DNA of 64,000 nucleotides from Verrucomicrobiota bacterium (GTDB lineage Bacteria > Verrucomicrobiota > Verrucomicrobiia > Limisphaerales > UBA11358): contig JBEKYY010000016.1 of assembly GCA_049510395.1 (NCBI GenBank), positions 3,095 through 67,094 on the forward strand. Direction: 5' to 3'. A program made the position numbers and the translations under genes. Below the pieces are notes generated by a model. It worked only from the letters and a program-made list of their open reading frames with translations, ran no database searches and had not been told where the DNA came from. Each line of letters opens with the position of its first letter. The stretch's first letter is position 1. This document shows positions 44,282 to 53,977 of the stretch, piece after piece.

Positions 44282-45784
44282 ATGGCATCATTAAAATTGG
44301 TGGGCGGACAAAAACCAAGAGAAATCGCGGTGCGCGTTTTGCAACAACGACGCGCCGGGGGCAAATTCATTGAAGATTTGCTTGAAACCGCGCTGCATGG
44401 CGCGCAACTTTTGCCCGCCGACCGCGCGCTCTGTCAGGAAATCGTGTACGGCATCGTGCGCTGGCAGGCGACACTCGACTGGCTCATCGCTCGAAAAACA
44501 GATGGGCGCGAACAAAAGCCCGCCTTGCAAAACTTGTTGCGGCTCGGCCTCTACCAAATTTTTTGGCTCGACCGGATTCCCGACCATGCTGCCGTCAACG
44601 AAACCATCGAATTGGCCAAGCAGAATGGTTTTGGCGCCCAGGCCGGTTTTGTGAACGCTGTTCTGCGCGGCTACTTGCGCGAGCATGACGAAACCAAAAA
44701 ACTTCTGGCCGGATTAAAAATTTCGCAGCCCGCACTGGGCTGGTCGCATCCCAAAGGGCTGGTTGCCCGCTGGCAAAAGCGCTGGGGCATCGAAAAAACC
44801 GCGTCGCTTCTGGAATGGAACAACACACCGCCGAAAACCTTCGCGCGCGTCAACACGCTGAAATTTGGTAGGGCGGGCAGTCCCCTGCCCGCCGAACGCC
44901 AGCAAGCCGAGAGCGGCGCGCACGGAGTGACGCGCCCTACCTTGAAAGATGCCGGCGACCTGCTCACCCGCTGGCGCGATGAAGGCGTGGAATACGATTT
45001 CGTTCGGCGCGACTGGCTGGAGGAAAACCTGGTCTTTGAGATGAAGTCGCATCCGCCACTATCGTCGCTGGCGAGTTTTCGCGACGGCTGGTTTTACATT
45101 CAAGACCCCGGCACGCTGCTCGCCGTTTGCATGCTCGGACCGCAGCCCGGCGAAACGATTTTGGATTTCTGCGCCGCGCCCGGTGGCAAGACGACGTTCA
45201 TCGCGCAGTTGATGAACAACCAGGGCCGCATTGTCGCGCAGGACGTTTCGGATGAACGACTGAAATGGATCCAAGAAAATTGCCTACGACTGGGTGTCAC
45301 CTGCGTAGACACTTTCCTCAACACCCCTCACCCCGGCCCTCTCCCCGTTTGGCGGGGAGAGGGAGAAAAATCTGAAACCACGCAAAAACATTCCCTCTCC
45401 CCGCCCAGGCGGGGAGAGGGTGGTCCCCGTAAAGCGGGACCGGGTGAGGGGATCGAAAAATTCGACCGCGTCCTGGTGGACGCTCCGTGTTCCAACACCG
45501 GTGTAATGCGCCGCCGCGTGGATTTGCGCTGGCGGATCCAGTCGGAGGAAATCGAACGCCTCCGGGTCGTGCAACTGGATTTGCTCCAACAAGCCGCGAC
45601 CCAGGTGAAACCCGGCGGTGTTTTGGTGTACAGCACGTGCAGCCTGGAACCGGAGGAAAACGGCGGGGTTGTGAAGCAATTTTTAAGCGATCACACCGGG
45701 TTCAAATTGGAATCCGAGCGCGAGTTGCTGCCGTTTGTGGACAATGTGGACGGCGCTTACGTCGCGCGAATGAAAAAAGGGTAG
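44282..45784 (+). CDS. rsmB: 16S rRNA (cytosine967-C5)-methyltransferase RsmB/Sun carrying two in-frame repeat-element insertions
   Basis: The ATG at 44282 is inside the 1002-aa ORF, whose upstream part is the antisense of the greA-like gene. There is a NusB-like N-domain, then DFCAAPGGKT, FDRVLVDAPCSNTGVMRR and GGVLVYSTCSLEPEEN. Confidence 0.9.
   Translation: MASLKLVGGQKPREIAVRVLQQRRAGGKFIEDLLETALHGAQLLPADRALCQEIVYGIVRWQATLDWLIARKTDGREQKPALQNLLRLGLYQIFWLDRIPDHAAVNETIELAKQNGFGAQAGFVNAVLRGYLREHDETKKLLAGLKISQPALGWSHPKGLVARWQKRWGIEKTASLLEWNNTPPKTFARVNTLKFGRAGSPLPAERQQAESGAHGVTRPTLKDAGDLLTRWRDEGVEYDFVRRDWLEENLVFEMKSHPPLSSLASFRDGWFYIQDPGTLLAVCMLGPQPGETILDFCAAPGGKTTFIAQLMNNQGRIVAQDVSDERLKWIQENCLRLGVTCVDTFLNTPHPGPLPVWRGEGEKSETTQKHSLSPPRRGEGGPRKAGPGEGIEKFDRVLVDAPCSNTGVMRRRVDLRWRIQSEEIERLRVVQLDLLQQAATQVKPGGVLVYSTCSLEPEENGGVVKQFLSDHTGFKLESERELLPFVDNVDGAYVARMKKG
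44867..44941 (+). repeat. family B palindromic element (75 bp = 25 codons) inserted in frame in rsmB
   Basis: ggtagggcgggcagtcccctgcccgcc...ggcgcgcacggagtgacgcgccctacc, translated GRAGSPLPAERQQAESGAHGVTRPT. Confidence 0.8.
45324..45451 (+). repeat. family D composite element inserted in frame in the rsmB methyltransferase domain
   Basis: cccctcaccccgg + hairpin 45337..45363 + spacer + hairpin 45393..45420 + ...ccgggtgagggg. It is translated TPHPGPLPVWRGEGEKSETTQKHSLSPPRRGEGGPRKAGPGEG. Confidence 0.8.
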
Positions 45785-45935
45785 CACCCGCGTCTTGCGG
45801 GTCAAATTCGGCGTCCCGCCGAATTTCGTCGAGGGATGCTGTGGTCGGAAGAACGTCCGAGCGGAATGCGTCCATCCGTCTCCTGACGGTTTCGGGCGCG
45901 ACGCCCGAAACAACAGGCCGGAGGCCTGTGCTACC
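45780..45935 (+). repeat. family C palindromic element (GGTAGCAC...GTGCTACC), fills the rsmB/fabI convergent spacer
   Basis: ggtagcacccgcgtcttgcgggtcaaattcggcgtcccgccgaatt...gtttcgggcgcgacgcccgaaac...cctgtgctacc. Its TAG (45782..45784) is the rsmB stop codon. Confidence 0.75.
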
Positions 45936-46706
45936 TCAAATCCCCATGATCTGGTAGCCACAATCCACGTAAAGCACCTGCCCGGTGATGGCCGCGGCGC
46001 CGTCGCTGGCGAGGAACACGCCGGTCGCGCCGAGTTCGTCGGGCAGCACGTTGCGCTTGAGCGGCGCGTGGACTTCGTGATGTTTGATCATTTCATTGAA
46101 ACCGCTTATGCCGCGCGCCGCCAGCGTGTTAACCGGCCCGGCGCTGATGCAATTCACACGGATTTTTTTCGGGCCGAGATCGTAGGCGAGATAGCGTGTG
46201 CTGGCTTCGAGCGCGGCCTTGGCCACGCCCATGACGTTGTAATGCGGCACGACTTTTTCCGCGCCGTAATAACTCATGCCAATGATGCTGCCACCGTCGG
46301 GCATGAGCGGCACAGCGGCACGCGACAGCGCGACGAGTGAATAGGCGCTCACGTCGTGGGCGATGCGGAACGCCTCGCGACTGGTATTCACGAATTCGCC
46401 TTCGAGCGCGGCCTTCGGCGCGAACGCCACCGAGTGCAGGAGCAAATGTAGCTTGCCGAATTTTTCGCCGACGGTTTTGAAGACGCCGGCGATTTCCTCG
46501 TCCTTCGTCACATCACACGGCAGGATGAGCGTGTCCGCGCCGAACTCGCCGGCGAGTTCCGTGACACTTTCCTTGACGCGATCGCCCTGATACGTGAATG
46601 CGAGCTTCGCGCCTTCGCGCACCCACGCCTGCGCAATGGCCCAGGCAATGGAGCGTTGGTTGGCAACACCGAAGACAATTCCTAATTTCCCGTCGAGCAA
46701 TGGCAT
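45936..46706 (-). CDS. fabI: enoyl-[acyl-carrier-protein] reductase (NADH)
   Basis: MPLLDGKLGIVFGVANQRSIAWAIAQ..., YYGAEKVVPHYNVMGVAKAALEAS, and ISAGPVNTLAA. Confidence 0.95.
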   Translation of the reverse strand: MPLLDGKLGIVFGVANQRSIAWAIAQAWVREGAKLAFTYQGDRVKESVTELAGEFGADTLILPCDVTKDEEIAGVFKTVGEKFGKLHLLLHSVAFAPKAALEGEFVNTSREAFRIAHDVSAYSLVALSRAAVPLMPDGGSIIGMSYYGAEKVVPHYNVMGVAKAALEASTRYLAYDLGPKKIRVNCISAGPVNTLAARGISGFNEMIKHHEVHAPLKRNVLPDELGATGVFLASDGAAAITGQVLYVDCGYQIMGI

Positions 46707-46821
46707 AAATTAACCGTTAAAATGTTTAATGGGCAAAAATCCGCTTAACCAAGGTATAAGATAAATTGACCGGCGCGTCCAGCCTCGACTCACGCCGGCG
46801 CGGAGGTTAAGCTAAGCGCAC

Positions 46822-47466
46822 ATGGATGCAAATTTGATTATTGAGGGTTTGATCAGTTATTTGGGGCTGATTGTGCTGCTGACGTTTCACGAGTTCGGCC
46901 ATGCGTGGACGGCGGAAAAATGCGGGGATGACACGGCGCGCTTACAAGGTCGCTGCTCGCTCAATCCCATCGTCCACATCGACCCGATTGGCACGGTCCT
47001 GTTGCCGTTGTTCATGATTTTTGGCCCGTCGAGTGTCACCCGGTTTGTTCTTGGCTGGGCGAAACCGGTGCCGGTGAATTCTTACAATCTGCGGAATCCA
47101 CGCCGGGATGACATCCTGGTTTCCATGGCCGGTCCGGCAATGAATTTAATTTTGGCGGTTGCGCTGGTGTCCTTGGCACGCGTGGGATTGCTGATTCATT
47201 TTAAACCAATGGCCGTTGTGTGTTGGCAATTCGCCTCACTCAGCCTGCTGCTCTGCTTCTTCAATCTCATTCCCATCCCGCCACTCGACGGTTCACACGT
47301 ACTGCGAAATCTGACCGGTATGAGCTGGGAAGCTTATGCGAACTTCGCGCGATTTGGTTTCATCGCCGTCATTATCGTGATCCAGTTCCGGTTTGTGCAG
47401 GACGCCTTGACACTCGCCGTTGGCGAAACGCTCCTGTTGCTCGCAAAGGTGTTCGGTCTGGCCTGA
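46822..47466 (+). CDS. site-2 protease (M50) family membrane metalloprotease
   Basis: The HEFGH motif (TFHEFGHAW) and the second motif FNLIPIPPLDGSH. Confidence 0.8.
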   Translation: MDANLIIEGLISYLGLIVLLTFHEFGHAWTAEKCGDDTARLQGRCSLNPIVHIDPIGTVLLPLFMIFGPSSVTRFVLGWAKPVPVNSYNLRNPRRDDILVSMAGPAMNLILAVALVSLARVGLLIHFKPMAVVCWQFASLSLLLCFFNLIPIPPLDGSHVLRNLTGMSWEAYANFARFGFIAVIIVIQFRFVQDALTLAVGETLLLLAKVFGLA

Positions 47467-47473
47467 GTCCGTG

Positions 47474-49270
47474 TTATTTCTTGAAGTAAAGCTCCTCAGC
47501 GTTCCAAGTCACGCGGTAAAAAGACAGCGCCGTCGGACGCAGATTTCCGATGTCTGAACGCGCCGCCGCATAATAATAGGGCGTGACGGTGAAAATCAGC
47601 GGCTGTTGTTCGGCGGTAATCCGCTGGACCTCGTCAAAATCTTTTTTCCGTTCTTTGAAATCCAGCGTCTTGTTCTGCGCGTTCATCAGGTAATCCAGGC
47701 GCCCTTCCCAATCGGTGGATGGATGTTTCTGCCGGGGGAACCAATGGTGGGTGAAGCCGTCGGACCGGACGACGTTGGAGGTAAAGGATGGATCCGTGCC
47801 GTCACCAAACAATCCCATCAGGACGCAATCGTAATCGTAGGTGCCGTCGATTTTGTGGATGAGCGTGTTAAATTCGATGGGCTGCAAAACGACCTTGAAG
47901 CCAAGCTTCTGCAAATCGGCCTGGAGGAGCACCGCCGCCTTCATGCGCGAGTTGTTCTCGATGTTGGTGTTGAACACGAATTCAATCGCATTGCCGTCGG
48001 CGTCCTCCAAAGTGCCGTCGCCGTTGCGGTCTTCGATGCCGATTTCTTTGAGCAGTTCGCGCGCCTTGGCCAGATCGTAGGGATATTGCGGGATGTCCGG
48101 ATTGAACCATTTTTTGTTGGCCGGTGTCACCAGGCCATAATTTGGAATCCCGCGCCCGGAAAAAACGGATTTGATGAGGCTGTCGCGGTCAATGGCATAC
48201 GCACAGGCCTGGCGAAATTTTACATTGCGGAACCATTTCAACTTTTTCGGATCCACGAAGGGCTTGCCGGTTTTCGCATCCACATTCGTGTTTTCGTTGA
48301 ACCAGAAAAAGTCGGTTTCCAGGCCGATGCCGGGTTCGAGCAGTTGAAATTTGCCGTTGGCGGACTCGGCCTTGAAATGGTCGTATTCGTTGGCGTAGAT
48401 GTAATCATGCACGTCGCACTCGCCGCTCAAAAAGCGCAGCGAGATGGCATTGCGATCAGGCACGACGGTGAAAACGATGTTGTCGCAATACGGCAGCCGC
48501 TGCCCTTTCTTGTCCACTTCCAGAAAATACGGATTGTGTTCCAGCAGGATGGACTGCGCCGTTTTGTATTCCTTGAGCCGGAACGGCCCGCTGCCGATGA
48601 TGTTCTCCGGCTTCCAGTTGATGCCGTAGGCCGAGGCAAACGTTTTGTCGGCAACGGTTTTCGCCAGGATGTGCTTCGGCAGAATGACCACACCCGCGCC
48701 AAACACGTCCAGAAACGGCGCGAAGATTTCCGGCGTCACCACCTGCACCGTCAGATCGTCAATCTTCGTCACGGTGAATTTTTTCCCGTCCACGGTGAGC
48801 GCGTCGCGCGTGACATTGTCAATGTCCGGGTTGTAAACCACGTCGTTGAGCGTGAACAACACGTCGTCGGCCGTCAGCGGCGCTCCGTCGCTCCAACGCA
48901 GATTTTTCCGCAGCTTGAACATCCAGGTCCTGCCATCCGGCGAATTAGTCCACGATTCCGCCAGGCCCGGCTCGATTTCCTGGGTGATCAAATCCGCCCC
49001 CAGCAACGGCGTGAACAAAAACCGGAAAATGTCGAAGGATGAAGATTCGTTCGCGGTGATGGGATTGAACGTCTTAGGATCGCCCGGTTCAGCGATGATG
49101 AGCCGTCCGCCGGGAATGCCCGGTTCGCAATCGGCCACCAGCGGCGGCTCGGGCAACGGATAACTGGCGGCGGGCTTTACCGGCGGGGCGGGTTCGGATT
49201 TTTTTCCGCAGCCGGACAGGCAGGCGACCGTCACGGCCAAAATCACATTGCTCCAGACCATTCTTCTCAT
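47474..49270 (-). CDS. ABC transporter substrate-binding lipoprotein, family 5 (peptide/nickel, Opp/Dpp-type)
   Basis: The ATG at 49270 gives MRRMVWSNVILAVTVACLSGC (lipobox). Family-5 blocks include LAESWTNSPDGRTWMFKLRKNLRWSDG. Confidence 0.9.
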   Translation of the reverse strand: MRRMVWSNVILAVTVACLSGCGKKSEPAPPVKPAASYPLPEPPLVADCEPGIPGGRLIIAEPGDPKTFNPITANESSSFDIFRFLFTPLLGADLITQEIEPGLAESWTNSPDGRTWMFKLRKNLRWSDGAPLTADDVLFTLNDVVYNPDIDNVTRDALTVDGKKFTVTKIDDLTVQVVTPEIFAPFLDVFGAGVVILPKHILAKTVADKTFASAYGINWKPENIIGSGPFRLKEYKTAQSILLEHNPYFLEVDKKGQRLPYCDNIVFTVVPDRNAISLRFLSGECDVHDYIYANEYDHFKAESANGKFQLLEPGIGLETDFFWFNENTNVDAKTGKPFVDPKKLKWFRNVKFRQACAYAIDRDSLIKSVFSGRGIPNYGLVTPANKKWFNPDIPQYPYDLAKARELLKEIGIEDRNGDGTLEDADGNAIEFVFNTNIENNSRMKAAVLLQADLQKLGFKVVLQPIEFNTLIHKIDGTYDYDCVLMGLFGDGTDPSFTSNVVRSDGFTHHWFPRQKHPSTDWEGRLDYLMNAQNKTLDFKERKKDFDEVQRITAEQQPLIFTVTPYYYAAARSDIGNLRPTALSFYRVTWNAEELYFKK

Positions 49271-49399
49271 GCGCCTGACACTAGCATTTTCTTCTGTCTG
49301 CCGAAAGCTTCGTTTTGAAACTGGCGGGGCGGCGCCGCCCGGCCAAAACAAAATCTCGCGCGCCCGAATATTTTTTGCCACGTTCAGACCGGTATTGCC

Positions 49400-50365
49400 A
49401 TGTGGTCATATCTGTTCAAGCGGCTGCTGCACATGATTCCGCTCTTGGTGGGTGTGTCGCTGCTGACGTTTCTGCTCATGTCGCTGGCGCCGGGCGATTT
49501 CTTCACCGCGCTTTCGCAAAACCCGCAAATCTCGCCGGAAACCGTCGCCCGGCTCAAGGCGCAATTCCACCTCGACCGGCCGTGGTATGTCCAATACTTC
49601 TATTGGTTCAAAAGCGTCCTGAGCGGCGACTTCGGCTATTCGATGGCTTACAAAATCCCGGCGACCTCGCTCATCGTCCAACGATTGTGGAACACATTCT
49701 TGCTTTCGTTTTTTGCCATGATCATTGCGTGGGGCATCGCCCTGCCGCTGGGCATCTGGGCGGCGGTTAAAAAAGATTCCTGGATTGACCGTGGTTGTTC
49801 GCTGGCGGCGTTTCTCGGATTGTCCGTTCCCGACGTGCTGTTGTCACTGCTGGCGTTGTGGTTCGCGGCGGCCACCGGCTGGTTCCCTGTCGGCGGGGCG
49901 GAAAGCCCGCTCCATGATCTGATGCCGCCGGTACAACAATTCTGGGACCGCACGCATCACCTCATCTTGCCCGCGCTGGTGCTGGCGGCCGCGGATTGGG
50001 CGGGCATCATGCGCCAGATGCGCTCGAACCTGCTCGACACGCTGCGTGCCGAATACGTCACCGCCGCGCGCGCCCGTGGACTCGGCGAAGGCTGGGTGAT
50101 TTACAAACACGCACTCCGTAACGCCATCAATCCGCTGCTGACCATCTTTGGCTATTCGCTCGCCGCGCTTTTGAGCGGCGCTTTCATCGTCGAGAACATC
50201 ATGGCCTGGCCGGGGCTGGGTCGGCTGACCATGGAGGCCTTTTTCGCCAAGGATTCCTACCTGGTCGTGGACTGCGTGGTCATGGCCACGGGGCTGCTGG
50301 TGGTGGGAAATTTCATCGCCGACCTGCTGCTCGCGTGGAGTGACCCGCGCATCCGGCTGAAATAA
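49400..50365 (+). CDS. ABC transporter permease (OppB/DppB-like)
   Basis: MWSYLFKRLLHMIPLLVGVSLLTFLLM...; EAA-loop region YVTAARARGLGEGWVIYKHALRNA. Confidence 0.9.
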   Translation: MWSYLFKRLLHMIPLLVGVSLLTFLLMSLAPGDFFTALSQNPQISPETVARLKAQFHLDRPWYVQYFYWFKSVLSGDFGYSMAYKIPATSLIVQRLWNTFLLSFFAMIIAWGIALPLGIWAAVKKDSWIDRGCSLAAFLGLSVPDVLLSLLALWFAAATGWFPVGGAESPLHDLMPPVQQFWDRTHHLILPALVLAAADWAGIMRQMRSNLLDTLRAEYVTAARARGLGEGWVIYKHALRNAINPLLTIFGYSLAALLSGAFIVENIMAWPGLGRLTMEAFFAKDSYLVVDCVVMATGLLVVGNFIADLLLAWSDPRIRLK

Positions 50366-51451
50366 ATGAACGAAACCGCACCCATTCAAAATCCGAACGC
50401 AGAGCAGCCGCTCTCGCCGTGGCAATTGTTCCGGCGGCGGTTGACGCGGCGGCGCATTGCGATGGCGGGTGGCGTGATTTTGATCGGGCTTTATCTCGTG
50501 GCGTTGTTCGCCGGATTCATTGCGCCTTACAACTACGACCGGCAGGACCGCGATCGCTTTTTTCATCCGCCGATATGGCCGAGGCTGGAAGGTTTTCGCC
50601 TCGTCGTGCCGCGTTACGAACCGGGAACCGGAAGCTTTGTTTATCACGCCGTTGCCGGCGATTCGAAGCCGCCGCGCTTTTTTGTTCGCGGCGACAAATA
50701 CAAATTGCTCGGCCTGATTCCAGCCACCGTTCATTTGTTCGGCACCGGCGATGAAAATTATCCGGTTTATCTGCTCGGTACGGACCAATTTGGGCGCGAC
50801 GTCTTCTCCCGCCTGCTTTACGGCTCGCAAATTTCGCTTTCCATCGGCATCATTGGCATTCTGCTGTCGTTCACCTTCGGCATGATGATCGGCGGGATTT
50901 CCGGGTATTTCGGCGGCTGGACCGACACGGTTATCATGCGGTTGTGCGAGTTGATCATGTCCATCCCGGCACTTTATCTCATCATTTCACTGCGCGCGAC
51001 ATTCCCGCCGGGAATGAGTTCAGCGCAGGTTTATGCCATGATTATCATTATTCTCAGTTTTATCGGCTGGGCGAGCATGGCGCGGGTGATCCGCGGCATG
51101 GCGCTGTCGTTGCGGGAACAGCAATTCGTTCTGGCCGCGCGCGCTCTCGGCCAGTCACATTTGAAAATCATCGTGCGCCACATTTTACCGAACACGTTTT
51201 CGTATGTCATCGTCGCAGCAACGCTGAGTGTGCCGTACTATATTTTGGGCGAGGTGGTGCTGAGCTTTCTCGGCGTGGGCATTCAGGAACCGAACGCGAG
51301 TTGGGGCAACATGTTGACCGCCGCCCAAAATACCGAGTATCTGCGGAATTATCCCTGGTTGCTCGCGCCCGGCGCGGCGATTTTTGTCACCGTTCTGGCT
51401 TTCAACTTTCTTGGCGATGGATTAAGAGACGCCGCGGACACGAAGTCATGA
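50366..51451 (+). CDS. ABC transporter permease (OppC/DppC-like)
   Basis: LGTDQFGRDVFSRLLYG...; EAA loop FVLAARALGQSHLKIIVRHILPN. Confidence 0.9.
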   Translation: MNETAPIQNPNAEQPLSPWQLFRRRLTRRRIAMAGGVILIGLYLVALFAGFIAPYNYDRQDRDRFFHPPIWPRLEGFRLVVPRYEPGTGSFVYHAVAGDSKPPRFFVRGDKYKLLGLIPATVHLFGTGDENYPVYLLGTDQFGRDVFSRLLYGSQISLSIGIIGILLSFTFGMMIGGISGYFGGWTDTVIMRLCELIMSIPALYLIISLRATFPPGMSSAQVYAMIIIILSFIGWASMARVIRGMALSLREQQFVLAARALGQSHLKIIVRHILPNTFSYVIVAATLSVPYYILGEVVLSFLGVGIQEPNASWGNMLTAAQNTEYLRNYPWLLAPGAAIFVTVLAFNFLGDGLRDAADTKS

Positions 51452-52398
51452 ACCTGTTCGAGATCAAAAATCTCAAAATGGATTTCGGCACCGGCGCGGA
51501 CGCGTTGCGCGCCGTGGACGGCGTGTCGCTGACCATCGGCGCGGGTGAAACAGTCTGCCTCGTGGGCGAAAGCGGCTGCGGCAAAACCGTGACCGCCCTT
51601 TCCATCGCGCGGCTCGTGCCGGTGCCACCGGCAAATTATGTCGGCGGGGAAATTTTATTGAATGGCCGTGACGTGCTTAAAATGTCGAACGGCGAGCTGC
51701 GCGGCATCCGCGGTGGTGTGGTCAGCTACGTTTTTCAGGAACCGGGCGCGTCGCTGAATCCCGTCTTCCGCGTCGGCAACCAGATCAAGGAATCGCTCAA
51801 ACTGCACAAACCGGAAAAGGCAACCAACGACGAGGTCATTCGCTTGTTGAAACTCGTCGGCATTCCCGCGCCGGAATCGCGCATCAAAAATTATCCGTTC
51901 GAGATGTCCGGCGGCATGCAGCAACGCGTGATGATTGCCATGGCGCTGGCCAGCGAGCCGAAGCTGCTCGTGGCCGACGAGCCGACCACGGCGCTCGATG
52001 TGACCATTCAGGCGCAAATTCTGGAGCTGCTTCACGACCTCAAACAGCGGCTGGGCATGGCGATTCTGCTTATCACACACAACCTTGGCATCGTGGGCGA
52101 CATGGCCGACCGCGTGGCGGTGATGTACGCCGGGCAGATCGTCGAGCTTTCGCCCGCGAAGGAACTTTTACGCCGCCCGTTGCATCCGTACACCCGGGCA
52201 TTGATGGCGAGCGTGCCGAAGCTGCACGGTGATGTCAGCCGGCTTGCGGCCATACCCGGCAACGTGCCGCGGATTGGCAATTCCCCGCCCGGTTGCCGCT
52301 TCGCGCCGCGCTGTCCGATGGCCAAGCCGGAATGTTCGGAAAAAATCCCCGAACTGGTCGAGGTCGAGGCCGGGCGATGGGTCAGATGTCCGTTTTAG
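51448..52398 (+). CDS. ABC transporter ATP-binding protein (OppD/DppD-like)
   Basis: ATGA overlap with the upstream stop. Walker A GESGCGKT, signature MSGGMQQR, Walker [13 protein letters not shown], and the C-terminal oligopeptide-type CRFAPRCP. Confidence 0.9.
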   Translation: MNLFEIKNLKMDFGTGADALRAVDGVSLTIGAGETVCLVGESGCGKTVTALSIARLVPVPPANYVGGEILLNGRDVLKMSNGELRGIRGGVVSYVFQEPGASLNPVFRVGNQIKESLKLHKPEKATNDEVIRLLKLVGIPAPESRIKNYPFEMSGGMQQRVMIAMALASEPKLLVADEPTTALDVTIQAQILELLHDLKQRLGMAILLITHNLGIVGDMADRVAVMYAGQIVELSPAKELLRRPLHPYTRALMASVPKLHGDVSRLAAIPGNVPRIGNSPPGCRFAPRCPMAKPECSEKIPELVEVEAGRWVRCPF

Positions 52399-52406
52399 CA
52401 AACGCC

Positions 52407-53378
52407 ATGAGCCTGCTCGAAGTCAAAAATCTGAAGGTGCATTTCCCGGTGAAACACGGGATGTTCAGCCGCGCCCACGAATTCGTGAAGGCGGTGGACG
52501 ACGTAAGCTTCGCCATCGAGCCGGGCGAGACGCTCGGTCTCGTCGGCGAAAGCGGTTGCGGCAAGACGTCGCTTGGCCGCGCCATTGTCCGGCTGGTCGA
52601 GCCGACGGCGGGCAGTGTTTTGCTCAACGGCGATGACATCACGGGGATGGGTGGTTCGGAATTGCGCGCGCGGCGGCGGAAGTTCCAGATGATTTTTCAG
52701 GACCCCTACGGCTCGCTCAATCCGCGCATGACGGTCGAGCAAATCGTAGGCGAGGCGCTGGACATCCACCAATTGGCCGACAGCAAATTCGCGCGACAAA
52801 AGCGCATCCTTGAACTGCTCCAGGACGTGGGGCTCGACCCGGTCTATGCGCAGCGTTATCCGCATGAATTCAGCGGCGGCCAGCGACAGCGCATCGGCAT
52901 CGCCCGTGCGCTGGCGGTCGAACCGGAACTGATAATTTGCGACGAGCCGGTGAGCGCGCTGGACGTTTCCGTGCAGGCGCAGATCATCAATTTACTCCAG
53001 GATTTACAGCAGCAGCGTGGCATCGCTTATCTCTTCATCGCGCACGACCTCGCGGTGATCGAACACATCAGCCGTCGCGTGATGGTGATGTATCTCGGCA
53101 AAATCGTCGAAACAGCCGAAGTTAAAGCACTCATTCGTACGCCGCAACATCCCTACACCCAGGCACTGATTTCCGCCGTGCCGGAAGTGGATCCGGAGAC
53201 GAAACGGCAGCGCATCATTTTGCCGGGTGACGTGCCGTCGCCGATTCATCCGCCGCCAGGTTGTCCATTTCATCCGCGCTGCCCGATTGCCGAAGAACGT
53301 TGCAAAACGGATGTTCCGCAGTTGCGCGAAATTGCATCCAGCCATTGGGCTGCATGTCTTCTGGCAAAGCAGAATTAA
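52407..53378 (+). CDS. ABC transporter ATP-binding protein (OppF/DppF-like)
   Basis: Walker [10 protein letters not shown], signature FSGGQRQR, Walker [13 protein letters not shown], and CPFHPRCP. The alternative ATG at 52386 is possible. Confidence 0.9.
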   Translation: MSLLEVKNLKVHFPVKHGMFSRAHEFVKAVDDVSFAIEPGETLGLVGESGCGKTSLGRAIVRLVEPTAGSVLLNGDDITGMGGSELRARRRKFQMIFQDPYGSLNPRMTVEQIVGEALDIHQLADSKFARQKRILELLQDVGLDPVYAQRYPHEFSGGQRQRIGIARALAVEPELIICDEPVSALDVSVQAQIINLLQDLQQQRGIAYLFIAHDLAVIEHISRRVMVMYLGKIVETAEVKALIRTPQHPYTQALISAVPEVDPETKRQRIILPGDVPSPIHPPPGCPFHPRCPIAEERCKTDVPQLREIASSHWAACLLAKQN

Positions 53379-53977
53379 CGTTCTAGCCGCCCTTTTCGAA
53401 CCTTACGCACGACTCTGTAAAATATTTAGACACCAAAATCAAAAAATTCCCATGATTTTCGCATGTAAAACAGGTTTTATCTCATTATGCAACGATATGA
53501 GACACTTGTTGGGACATTTATGTAAATAATTAAGACACAAATTTAGATTTCTACATTATGTCCCGAGACATGGCGATGAGGTACGACTGACATCAGCCTC
53601 CTGTCGGAACTGTGCCGTTATCCGTTTTACCCTGCAAAAAGGTGTAATTCTCGCCTCTTTTACATGGCTGGCAATAAAGTTAGGTGCGTAATGCGTTTTC
53701 GTAAAGGTAGTTAGCTGTTGTTCTGCCGTGCCAACTCTTTTTAACTCGTAACTTGTTTACCGGATTTCCTTCAACTGCAACGAGTTCCGCTAGAATCATT
53801 TTCGGTAGATAACAATAATTGCGAGCCACCACCGTTGTGGCATGCAAGTTGCGTTGAGACACTGAGTGTATCAGTCTAAGACAGCTAACTGGAAGTATCT
53901 GAAATCAATAGTGTTAGCAAGGGGGTTGTGAGGCATAAAGACCAAAGGCAATAACGGCTAAACCGAGTACAAAGTCT

